The position numbers and the translations under genes are program-made. Positions 47,402 to 55,237 of a stretch of 64,000 nt of DNA are shown here, piece after piece. Within the stretch, counting starts at the first letter, position 1; every line of letters starts with the position of its first letter. Source of the DNA: a virus. The notes under the pieces were generated by a model. It was not told the DNA's origin. It did no database searches and saw nothing but the letters and a program-made list of their open reading frames with translations. The stretch is taken from positions 8,012 to 72,011 of IMG/VR virus record IMGVR_UViG_3300033120_000623. One strand, written 5' to 3'.

Positions 47402-48319
47402 CTACAAAATGTCGGTGTAACTTTTCTCTAGGTGCTCGCGCTCCCAGTAAGCTGGCTCCAAGATTCCCAATGAATCCTCAAACTCCCAATCGTTCTCCAT
47501 GCAGCGAGCAAGTTGAACAATCGCCTTCGTCCACTTAGCACGACCGATAAGGATGTTGTCCTTGCTAGCCTTCCAAGTTTTCGTATTGTTGTGTGGAGCC
47601 TTGGAAGCAAAGATCCAAATGAATCCTTTTAAGCCAAGTCCAATAACGTTGAACATGTCCAAGTAGAAGGCCGCTGAAAGCTCATAGCTGTATTTCGAGA
47701 TTGATGCTTTCATCGCTTCACGGGATTTGGAATTGCTCGTCGTGCTCTTTAGATCCGAAATATATTTCTTCCCTAAAGCATCCGAACGAACCTTGGCAAT
47801 AACCACAGTTCCTTTTTTAGGAACCTTTGCTTTCACCCATCCGTCGCGAGTGATCTTCAGTCCATGGTCCATTGCATAGATGTCGTCGCCGACAACTAGT
47901 AAACGGATGAACAAAGAAACCTCGGCCTTAGCACCTTTAAGATATTTCTGCGCCACCGGAGAGTTCTTAACTAATTTGGCCAAGCCCATTGCCTCATTGT
48001 ACTGACTCTTAGGTACAACGATCTTTCCCTTGTTTTTCTTAAGGAAAGCTTCCCAAACCTTGCCACGTCGAACAGCCCCTGGGAACACCTTCACTTCGTC
48101 TTTCAATTTATGCCGCTCTAATGTAGCCGTATGAAAAATTGAACCTGTATCAAAAGCGGGAATGTGGAATCTCACTGCACCTTCCGCCACGTATTTAGCG
48201 TGGTAGATTTCAGGGTCGTCCAATAAGTCTTTGAGCTTGGAACTCGACACCGTATTGGGCACCGAGTGGTATGCTTCCGAACTCATGTCATGAATAAGTG
48301 TCGAGTATTTTAGTTTCAT
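47402..48319 (-). CDS. Putative PD-(D/E)XK-family nuclease
   Basis: Candidate D (..GDDIYAMDHG..) and D-x-K (YISDLKST) motifs. Located in the replication/recombination module. Confidence 0.35.
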   Translation of the reverse strand: MKLKYSTLIHDMSSEAYHSVPNTVSSSKLKDLLDDPEIYHAKYVAEGAVRFHIPAFDTGSIFHTATLERHKLKDEVKVFPGAVRRGKVWEAFLKKNKGKIVVPKSQYNEAMGLAKLVKNSPVAQKYLKGAKAEVSLFIRLLVVGDDIYAMDHGLKITRDGWVKAKVPKKGTVVIAKVRSDALGKKYISDLKSTTSNSKSREAMKASISKYSYELSAAFYLDMFNVIGLGLKGFIWIFASKAPHNNTKTWKASKDNILIGRAKWTKAIVQLARCMENDWEFEDSLGILEPAYWEREHLEKSYTDIL

Positions 48320-48577
48320 TTATTTCTTTCTTCCTCTGGTATTCTTGCGGCCCTTGATGATTCCAAACGCTCTTTGGCGCATGAACAAGATCACGTTCAC
48401 AGGAGTAGCGAAGAAGGCAGAAGCTTTCTTACACAGGTACTTCTCGAACTCATTGTTAAGATCGTTGCGCTCCACCAAAATTTCAGCAGCATGGCGCATG
48501 ACTTCGCTCACATCGGCAGCGGTAAGATTTCTCTTACCGCCTTCTCTTTTAAGAATTTCTTGATAGAATGCCTTCAT
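48320..48577 (-). CDS. Hypothetical protein
   Basis: 85 aa. Confidence 0.4.
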   Translation of the reverse strand: MKAFYQEILKREGGKRNLTAADVSEVMRHAAEILVERNDLNNEFEKYLCKKASAFFATPVNVILFMRQRAFGIIKGRKNTRGRKK

Positions 48578-48580
48578 GAC

Positions 48581-49450
48581 TTATCTCTTTTTCTTCTTAG
48601 ATTTTTTAGAAGACTTGCCTTTTGATTTCTTAGACTTCTTAGGCTTTTCTTCCTCTTCATCGTCTTCGTCTTCATCATCTTCATCTTCGTCTTCATCGTC
48701 GTCCTCGTCTTCATCGTCATCATCCGAGTCGTCGTCTTCGTCCTCATCATCTTCGTCTTCGTCTTCTTCGTCGTCCTCGTCTTCATCGTCATCATCCGAG
48801 TCGTCGTCTTCGTCCTCATCATCTTCGTCTTCGTCTTCTTCGTCGTCCTCGTCCTCATCGTCTTCGTCTTCATCACGGGACTTTTTAGATTTCTTAGACT
48901 TCTTCTTTTTCTTAGAAGTGCTTTCGTCTTCCATATCCTCTTCGTCATCTTCGTCTTCGTCTTCTTCGTACTCTTCCCCTTCAGGAACTACGATAGTGAC
49001 AGAAACTTGATGCGCTTCTTTGCCAGCGAATTTACCTTTTTGAATTTCTTCAACGCCAGTGTATTCGATTTGCAAAAGAGTGCCGACTTTGATGTCGTTG
49101 TCTTCAAAAGCTTTAGTCATCTGGCCGTTTGGATTCAAAGTAAGTTCTTTACCTTCAACCGCTTTAGCATCCTTCTTAGAAGAGAACATTGCTTCTTCTA
49201 CTTGGATCAAACGATTGTGGCCGCCGTAAGTTGCGTTCTTAACTTTGCCCATGTACTTACCGATGATCGCATCACCTGGCTCCCATTTAGTCCAAGCGCG
49301 GAACAAACCACCGCCACCAGATAAACGTTTACCAACTTTGAAACGTTTAGAAATGATCGCGCCATTTCTTTTCTTCGCGCCGTCACCAGATTTTTTAGAT
49401 GACGATTCCTTTGAAGACTTTTTCAAGCCTTTTTTCTTTAGTTTTGCCAT
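48581..49450 (-). CDS. Protein with K-rich N-terminus, beta-rich (OB-like?) core and ~110-aa poly-Asp/Glu tail
   Basis: 289 aa. The tail is encoded by a perfect 72-bp tandem duplication. Confidence 0.55.
   Translation of the reverse strand: MAKLKKKGLKKSSKESSSKKSGDGAKKRNGAIISKRFKVGKRLSGGGGLFRAWTKWEPGDAIIGKYMGKVKNATYGGHNRLIQVEEAMFSSKKDAKAVEGKELTLNPNGQMTKAFEDNDIKVGTLLQIEYTGVEEIQKGKFAGKEAHQVSVTIVVPEGEEYEEDEDEDDEEDMEDESTSKKKKKSKKSKKSRDEDEDDEDEDDEEDEDEDDEDEDDDSDDDDEDEDDEEDEDEDDEDEDDDSDDDDEDEDDDEDEDEDDEDEDDEEEEKPKKSKKSKGKSSKKSKKKKR
48701..48844 (-). repeat. Perfect 72-bp tandem direct repeat (2 copies) inside the acidic tail coding region
   Basis: The 48701-48772 and 48773-48844 copies are identical base for base. 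Confidence 0.8.
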
Positions 49451-49493
49451 GCATTCTCCTTGGCTGTTAAAGGGAACTCTCCCCGTTTTGAAT

Positions 49494-51578
49494 TTATAAA
49501 AGATCTTCTTTGCGGCCCTCGAAATACTTAGAGAACTTTTCGTACTCAGCTAAAGCTCGCTCATCAATGTGAAGGCGGTTGCACTTAACTTTAAGTTTCT
49601 CTTTACCCACGAACATAACTTCCCCGTCTTCGTAGTACGGTTTCTTATCTTCGGTGTATTTGATTTTTCCCATTTTATAATTTGGAGACCACGCTTTGAT
49701 ATCTAGGCGAACCTTCTTCGCGTGCTCTCGCATTGGTCCCTCGAACACGGATACGAAAGCCTCACGCATACAATCGCGAAGTATAATGATCTCGTGCTCG
49801 TTACCAATTTTAGCCATCATGTAGGCGGCGTCGTGCAGTGGGAAAGGAATGTAAACACCTTTCTTCATCGCGGCACGAATTGCCCGGCGAAGAATAACGG
49901 CACCAGTTCCTTGAACAGGACAGTTACCAGCAGAGCGCCAGTTGTCGTTATCACACCACATTGTCCAGCCGTCTTCTAATACGATTGGATTTCCGGATTC
50001 GTAGTTAGCACGTTGTTCATCTTGCCAGTCTTTGAGCTTCCAGAAGACATCGTAGAACTGGTCGATCATTACTTGTGCCGCTTCCTCGGTCCACTTCTTA
50101 CCAGTGTCCAGAGTTAACTTCGCAGCAAGGCCGATGCACGACATGTTGTACGAGAGACCAAGAATCGTAGACTTAAATAAGTTACGAACATCCTCGTAGT
50201 CTTTTCTCACGGCATCTTTTGGGACCGCACCAGCAAGCTTAGCAAAATAGAAATACGGATCGCCTGATAAGTAGGCGTTGATCATATTCATATCGCCAGA
50301 CTTCAGTGCTGAGATGAAGAACTCAACCGCAGAGTAGTCAATACCCGCCATGAAGTAACCTTCAGGAGGTTCAACCATTGCACGCATCCACGCTGGCTTA
50401 AGGAACATGAAGCTCGTTGCCCCAGGTTGTGTGCGCGAGCTTTGTGCAGCGAAAGAATTTAAGTAAGGGCGCACCATTCCGTCAGGTCCCACTGCATCCC
50501 AGAAATTCTTACGGCTGCTTGATTCATTGTCCGAACTGAATCCGTACAGATTCTGTTTAAGCTTTAAGAAGCGAACCATTTGAGCGCCGAAAACATTCTT
50601 AGGATAGTCATGCTTGTAGTCGTAGTGACGTTGCCAAGCATCCAAAGAAAGAGACAAGTCTTTACCTTTGGTGCGCATCCAATTCTTACCGTTGTTGTGT
50701 TTGCGACGAATCCAATCTTTAGTTACACCTTGATTCCAGGAGAAACGGTTTTCCTTTTTGTTCCAACGGAACGGGCGGATCTTAGGAAAGTACTTGTTCA
50801 CTTCTCTTTGTGTTTCAAAAAGAATAGATCCAACCTGTGCAGAGAAGTTCTTCACGGCCATAACGTTGATCGGATATCCGCGTGATTCCATGTGAGCGGT
50901 GGCCGCTTGATAGTCGCCACGTTCCCAAGCTCCGCGCATGTATGTCTTGCGATTAACTTCCGGATTCAAGCGAAGGTTGTGCTTGATAATCTTTCTTTTA
51001 ATACGGCCAAGAGACAACACGTCCTCTTCACAGTAATCCATGATCGCGATGCGTTCCTTTTTAGAGAAACGTTTCGGCCCAGAGATAATGAGATCACGCA
51101 TTTGATCTTTGTGTTTGGTGTCGCGCTTAATTCCTAGAAGTTTGTAAGTAGCTTCAGCAAGAGAATGTGTTGGCTTAAAGCCGCTGAAGTTATCTTCTTC
51201 GGTGCGCTCCCACTTTGGAGGTGGCTTCTTTGTGAACTTAACGCGACCGTTTACTAATTGTTTTCCGTAAAGGAATTCATCGTTGTGATTTGTGAGCATA
51301 CGATACTCAACAAATCCGTCCCACCACTTGAAAGTAAATGGATCAAGTCCCAGTGAAAGGAACGAGCGGCCCTCTGCCACGGCTGAGTAGCACGTGATTT
51401 TTTTATATCGGGATAGATACTTGCGGAGGGCCGCCTGTTTAGATTTTTTGTTGTGAAGCCACCACCGTTTAATTTTACCAGTGTGCGCGTCTTTGGATAC
51501 CGCACAGACAAGCTTAACGTATCTGTGAGTAGTGTTGTGGAACTCAAAGTCAATTTCCACTTCTTGAAATGCTCGCAT
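49494..51578 (-). CDS. Family A DNA polymerase with N-terminal 3'-5' exonuclease domain
   Basis: Exo I EIDFEF, motif A DYSAVEFF, motif B RNLFKSTILGLSYNM, motif C PLHDAA. Confidence 0.8.
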   Translation of the reverse strand: MRAFQEVEIDFEFHNTTHRYVKLVCAVSKDAHTGKIKRWWLHNKKSKQAALRKYLSRYKKITCYSAVAEGRSFLSLGLDPFTFKWWDGFVEYRMLTNHNDEFLYGKQLVNGRVKFTKKPPPKWERTEEDNFSGFKPTHSLAEATYKLLGIKRDTKHKDQMRDLIISGPKRFSKKERIAIMDYCEEDVLSLGRIKRKIIKHNLRLNPEVNRKTYMRGAWERGDYQAATAHMESRGYPINVMAVKNFSAQVGSILFETQREVNKYFPKIRPFRWNKKENRFSWNQGVTKDWIRRKHNNGKNWMRTKGKDLSLSLDAWQRHYDYKHDYPKNVFGAQMVRFLKLKQNLYGFSSDNESSSRKNFWDAVGPDGMVRPYLNSFAAQSSRTQPGATSFMFLKPAWMRAMVEPPEGYFMAGIDYSAVEFFISALKSGDMNMINAYLSGDPYFYFAKLAGAVPKDAVRKDYEDVRNLFKSTILGLSYNMSCIGLAAKLTLDTGKKWTEEAAQVMIDQFYDVFWKLKDWQDEQRANYESGNPIVLEDGWTMWCDNDNWRSAGNCPVQGTGAVILRRAIRAAMKKGVYIPFPLHDAAYMMAKIGNEHEIIILRDCMREAFVSVFEGPMREHAKKVRLDIKAWSPNYKMGKIKYTEDKKPYYEDGEVMFVGKEKLKVKCNRLHIDERALAEYEKFSKYFEGRKEDLL

Positions 51579-51709
51579 AAATTTTGTATCTCCCGATGGC
51601 GGTGAGAACTACCTTGCTTAAAGATAACGATGCAATTAAATAATTTAATTAACTTGAAAGAAAATGCTAAGTTGTTGTAATTGTTTGTTGCGCATATCAC
51701 CTAGGTTTA

Positions 51710-52144
51710 ATGATTGCCGCAGTGCTTGTAATAAAATTGGGGAATTTTGTGGACGAGAAAACTTTAAAATTTGTTCTGAATGTTTTGCGCCGAGGTACTG
51801 TTCGTTGGAGTGGTCGCAGTGAATGTTTGCGACTGGCTAGTTTGAAAGTGTGGGAAGGTGAGTACTACAAGACCAACACAAAAGATGGGAAGCACAAGAA
51901 GGGCGATAAGAAATTTAAAACTTATTGGAGATGTGCAAAGTGTAAGAAGAAATATCGCGACCAAGGATTTATGGAAGTGGATCACATAAAAGAAATTGGA
52001 TCTTACAAAGGAAATCTTTTGGCGTACGCGAGTCGCATGTACTGCAAGCAAAGTAATCTGCAAGCGTTGTGCGTTGTGTGCCATAAAGCCAAAACTACCG
52101 CGAGTGCAAGAGTAAGATTTAAAAGAAAGAAACTTAAGAGATAG
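51710..52144 (+). CDS. HNH endonuclease (opposite strand to surrounding genes)
   Basis: CAKC...DHIKEI...CVVCHKAKT. Confidence 0.65.
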   Translation: MIAAVLVIKLGNFVDEKTLKFVLNVLRRGTVRWSGRSECLRLASLKVWEGEYYKTNTKDGKHKKGDKKFKTYWRCAKCKKKYRDQGFMEVDHIKEIGSYKGNLLAYASRMYCKQSNLQALCVVCHKAKTTASARVRFKRKKLKR

Positions 52145-52208
52145 GAACTACGGGGCCGGGCCTTGAACCCGATGCTCTGCTTAAGCGGAACCAACTCCGC
52201 ACCCCGCA

Positions 52209-52255
52209 CAAAAAAAAAAAGAAATAAAACGGCCCTAGCGTTATGTACTAGGGCC
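52209..52255 (-). terminator. Rho-independent terminator for leftward transcription
   Basis: GGCCCTAG-9nt-CTAGGGCC hairpin followed on the minus strand by GTTTTATTTCTTTTTTTTTTT. Confidence 0.6.
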
Positions 52256-52346
52256 GAGTGGTTGTGCGTCTCTTGTCGTTCTTCGTCGCTCGTGGGACAC
52301 CTAACGGACCACCTCTTATGGGGGATTTGCCATTTCTGGACAACCT

Positions 52347-52475
52347 AAAACTTCAGTGGAACCTTTCTGATACGTCCAGCGAGTGTGGGGATTTTAAGTT
52401 TCCCGTTGCCAGACCTTCACACCCTTTACGCATCGGCCACATCTGGTCTTGCCTGAAAGGTTCCACTCAAGTTTT
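52347..52475. repeat. 21-bp inverted repeat (1 mismatch) with 87-nt spacer inside the non-coding segment next to the tRNA
   Basis: aaaacttcagtggaacctttc at 52347-52367 versus gaaaggttccactcaagtttt at 52455-52475. Confidence 0.7.
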
Positions 52476-52700
52476 AAATAATTCGGAGGTACTCTTCACA
52501 CCAATTGACAGTAAACTCTGCCTCAGTGTTATCCCTTCCTCCTATCCCTGTTTACCGCTTATTATTATCACGAGGGAGTGGACCTTTGGAACCGCGCCAC
52601 AATTTATCGGCTTGGGCTCTTATAGATTGATTCAACAAACGTTTGCAAGAAAATATACGGGAAATATATAAAACAACTTTTATATCGTTTACGTATAAAT

Positions 52701-52778
52701 TGGTCGGGATGGCAGGATTTAAACCTGCGACCCCTCGCTCCCAAGGCGAGTGCGCTAATCAGGCTGCGCTACATCCCG
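52701..52778 (-). tRNA. tRNA-Pro(UGG): tRNA-Pro (anticodon UGG) with atypical D-loop (no GG) and T-loop (TTTAAAT)
   Basis: Manual folding gives a 7-bp acceptor CGGGATG/CATCCCG, D-stem GCGC/GCGC, anticodon stem CTCGC/GCGAG with loop CTTGGGA, T-stem GCAGG/CCTGC, discriminator A and an encoded CCA. Confidence 0.7.
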
Positions 52779-52926
52779 AATAATAAAAAAAAAAATAAAT
52801 CAAATTGTATTAGGCAATCTATTTGGGGTTCACGGGGAGAGGAAGTAGTGTGCCGCTTGTAGATGTATTGTTCACGAGTACCTCCTTGATGAAGTCAGGT
52901 TAAACCAAAGCCAAGAAACAATGCAA

Positions 52927-52969
52927 GCACAAAATACAAGAGGCCCTGCGAATTAACTCAGGGCCTCTT
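52927..52969 (-). terminator. Rho-independent terminator after the Lys-repeat microprotein gene
   Basis: AAGAGGCCCTG-10nt-CAGGGCCTCTT followed on the minus strand by TTGTATTTTGTG. Confidence 0.5.
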
Positions 52970-52995
52970 TATTCAAACATCGGGAGATATTGAAT

Positions 52996-53085
52996 TTATT
53001 TTTTAGCAGCTTTTTTAACAGTAGCTTTCTTTGCCACTTTCTTCGCTACTTTTTTAGTAGCTTTCTTTGCAACTTTCTTAGCCAT
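52996..53085 (-). CDS. 29-aa lysine-repeat microprotein MAKKVAKKATKKVAKKVAKKATVKKAAKK (histone H1-tail or AlgP-like KKA repeats)
   Basis: GGAGG RBS 4 nt upstream. Verified translation. Followed by a terminator. Below the ORF-track cutoff. Confidence 0.45.
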   Translation of the reverse strand: MAKKVAKKATKKVAKKVAKKATVKKAAKK

Positions 53086-53158
53086 GATTCCTCCTAGGAA
53101 TATAAACTCGTTTTCGAGAACCCTGATTTAATCAAACCAAAAGAAAGATGCAAGTAAA

Positions 53159-54307
53159 TTATTCAATGTCCCGCAATTTGATTCCTCTCGGATGTCTCGG
53201 CTTATAATTTTTATTGGAAATCCCCATGTAGTGAACCTGCATCCACTTACCTTTCCAAAGCTTGTGGTCGGTGAAACACTTCTTCAAAAACGGGGTGATA
53301 TTCTTACCGCCAAGCTTCGCCTTGAAGGTTCGGGTTCCACGCTCATCACTGATTTCACAAATGAATTTACCTACATGGCCCATCAACTGGCCACGGCCCT
53401 CTTCCATTCCCACAATACGGAACTCAGAATCGTTGAAAGGTTTGTACTTCATAAGTCCGTAAGATCTCCGGCCAGGTTCGTACAAAGAATCAGGAACTCG
53501 GATCATCGTGCCCTCGTACCCTTCTTCTAAAAACTTCTCGTGGATCTCTTCCAATTCCTGCTTTGTTGCAACTAAATAAGTTGGGACACGTCTAACCAGT
53601 GGCGATCCGACACCTCCCATAATCTTTTTAAGGTAGGCCCGGCGCTCTTTAAACGTGCCGTCGTGGCTCGCGATATCATAGACATGGTATTGCATCACAT
53701 CTTCGTATTCACTCTTCCCCTTGGTCTTGCGGGCGCCAGAGGATATGCCTTCAAAGTTGGCCCGTTGGGAGTGGTTGTAGATCTCTCCGTCGGTCACTTG
53801 TTCGTCAAACATAGCCTTCACGTGCTTCATAAGGTTTGCCATTTTAGCAAGAGGCTTGCCGTTTCGCGACATGAATTTACCCTTAATTGGGTTGGCCCGG
53901 ATGCCGTCGAGTTTCGGCTGTACATAGAAGGGGAGGGATAGCTTGTGGCCGTACTTTAGGAAGTCGTGAGCAAGCATGGGAGCGAAGATTTCATCGCCCT
54001 TAGAAGGTACTCCCGACTCATTGATCGTGTAGCCCTTATCGCGGTACTTGGTCCATTTTGACTTCGCCTCAGCAAAGGCCTGCTCTTCTGCGGTGGTTTC
54101 ATTTGCCCGGCCAATATTCTTTCCGGACTTGATGATGTCTTTAGAAGGCTTCATCTTGCCGTCGATGTATCCGGTCTCTGTGTGAATCGCAGATCCCTCA
54201 ACCCAAATCTTCCAAATAGTTATTTTCCCGTTGGTCTTACTCAGTTTGTAAAGCTCCGGGAATCTTTCCAGAGTTCTAGACATCCACAAACTCCACTCGC
54301 TGCGCAC
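53159..54307 (-). CDS. ATP-dependent DNA ligase
   Basis: Motif I KLDGIR (adenylation Lys), motif IV EGTMIR, motif V LMKYKP. Size and OB-like C-terminus similar to T7-type ligases. Confidence 0.75.
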   Translation of the reverse strand: MRSEWSLWMSRTLERFPELYKLSKTNGKITIWKIWVEGSAIHTETGYIDGKMKPSKDIIKSGKNIGRANETTAEEQAFAEAKSKWTKYRDKGYTINESGVPSKGDEIFAPMLAHDFLKYGHKLSLPFYVQPKLDGIRANPIKGKFMSRNGKPLAKMANLMKHVKAMFDEQVTDGEIYNHSQRANFEGISSGARKTKGKSEYEDVMQYHVYDIASHDGTFKERRAYLKKIMGGVGSPLVRRVPTYLVATKQELEEIHEKFLEEGYEGTMIRVPDSLYEPGRRSYGLMKYKPFNDSEFRIVGMEEGRGQLMGHVGKFICEISDERGTRTFKAKLGGKNITPFLKKCFTDHKLWKGKWMQVHYMGISNKNYKPRHPRGIKLRDIE

Positions 54308-54644
54308 GCATTCTCAAAGTGTAGTTATCACAAGGAACATCTAACCATGCATCAATGATCATGCCCTCGTTGTTCCGGTAGGTCATGAGTGCTTTACGGT
54401 AATCAGCATCAGGAGCAGATCTGTCAAACAGTGGGCTGCAAATAAAGAAGAACATCACATTGCCTTCGCGAAAGGTATTAACCACAAAACAATTTGGAGA
54501 AAGGCAACTCATCAAAAGAATCAAATCATTTGGCTGAATTGGGTAAGCAAGACTGGCCATGGCAGTTCTTCCTTGCTTTATGTATTCAGTAAGTACCTCT
54601 GGATTAACAATAGTCTTGGTGGCTTTAATTGGAAGGATAGCCAT
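54276..54644 (-). CDS. Hypothetical protein
   Basis: 122 aa. Confidence 0.4.
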   Translation of the reverse strand: MAILPIKATKTIVNPEVLTEYIKQGRTAMASLAYPIQPNDLILLMSCLSPNCFVVNTFREGNVMFFFICSPLFDRSAPDADYRKALMTYRNNEGMIIDAWLDVPCDNYTLRMRAQRVEFVDV

Positions 54645-54981
54645 CTGCTGTTCCTTTCATCGCTGGTTCCGTTGGTGGAATCGGTTCGATGATAACTCCC
54701 TGCTTCTCTGCAATGATACGAATGGATTCATGCAGTCCTTTGAGAGCCGTGATCATGTGCTTGCGTTCTTCTTGAATCTTTTCAATAGATTCTTTAATCG
54801 TTGGTAAACAATCAAAGTCGGCTTCATCCAAAAGATCATCAAGATATCGGATGTCACCTTCTACAGTATCGAGTCTGTCACCCACTTCACAAGACTTGTA
54901 GCCGCGATAAATATCCATGGCCAAGCTCACCGCAAATAAAACCATGATCACTATAATTAAAACTTTAAATAAAACTTCCAT
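54625..54981 (-). CDS. N-terminally membrane-anchored protein
   Basis: 118 aa; TM at residues 5-25. Confidence 0.4.
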   Translation of the reverse strand: MEVLFKVLIIVIMVLFAVSLAMDIYRGYKSCEVGDRLDTVEGDIRYLDDLLDEADFDCLPTIKESIEKIQEERKHMITALKGLHESIRIIAEKQGVIIEPIPPTEPAMKGTADGYPSN

Positions 54982-54991
54982 AGTACTCTCC

Positions 54992-55237
54992 TCAGAGCAA
55001 TGTAATTATTTGAATCAAAACAGAAACGCACGAAACTAAAATCCATATCAGCAAACAAATTAAACCAATCGACCAAAGACCTTCAGGAACATTTCTATTT
55101 CTTGCTACGTACGTTGCCAAGTAGGCCGACAGGAAGCAGGTCACAGCTACTATCAGAAGTGACGGAAATATCTCCAGCAAACGTGTCGAGAACTGTTGCA
55201 GGCTGTGGCTTAGGTTCGGGTGCAATAATCGGTTCAC
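54992..55237 (-). CDS. Possible small membrane protein (overlaps downstream regulator gene; uncertain)
   Basis: 81 aa, hydrophobic. 143-nt overlap with 55095..55514. Confidence 0.25.
   Translation of the reverse strand: MNRLLHPNLSHSLQQFSTRLLEIFPSLLIVAVTCFLSAYLATYVARNRNVPEGLWSIGLICLLIWILVSCVSVLIQIITLL

Noticed and set aside
48640-48960. CRISPR-like appearance of regular short repeats
   Set aside because: The repeats are codon-level GAC/GAA/GAT reiterations and a 72-bp tandem duplication inside a coding sequence, with no spacer/repeat architecture. No CRISPR array is present anywhere in the window.
51764-52084. Minus-strand 106-aa ORF overlapping the plus-strand HNH gene
   Set aside because: It is fully antisense to an ORF with a clear HNH motif and has no RBS.
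52150-52210. Possible second tRNA (GC-rich sequence with a TTGAACC-like word) beside the HNH gene
   Set aside because: I could not build an acceptor stem or cloverleaf in either orientation. The hairpin further along is a terminator.
52258-52671. 137-aa plus-strand ORF spanning the segment next to the tRNA
   Set aside because: GTG start with no RBS. The amino-acid composition (L, S, P, F, C, W rich) looks like translated non-coding DNA. The region is better explained as ncRNA or regulatory DNA.
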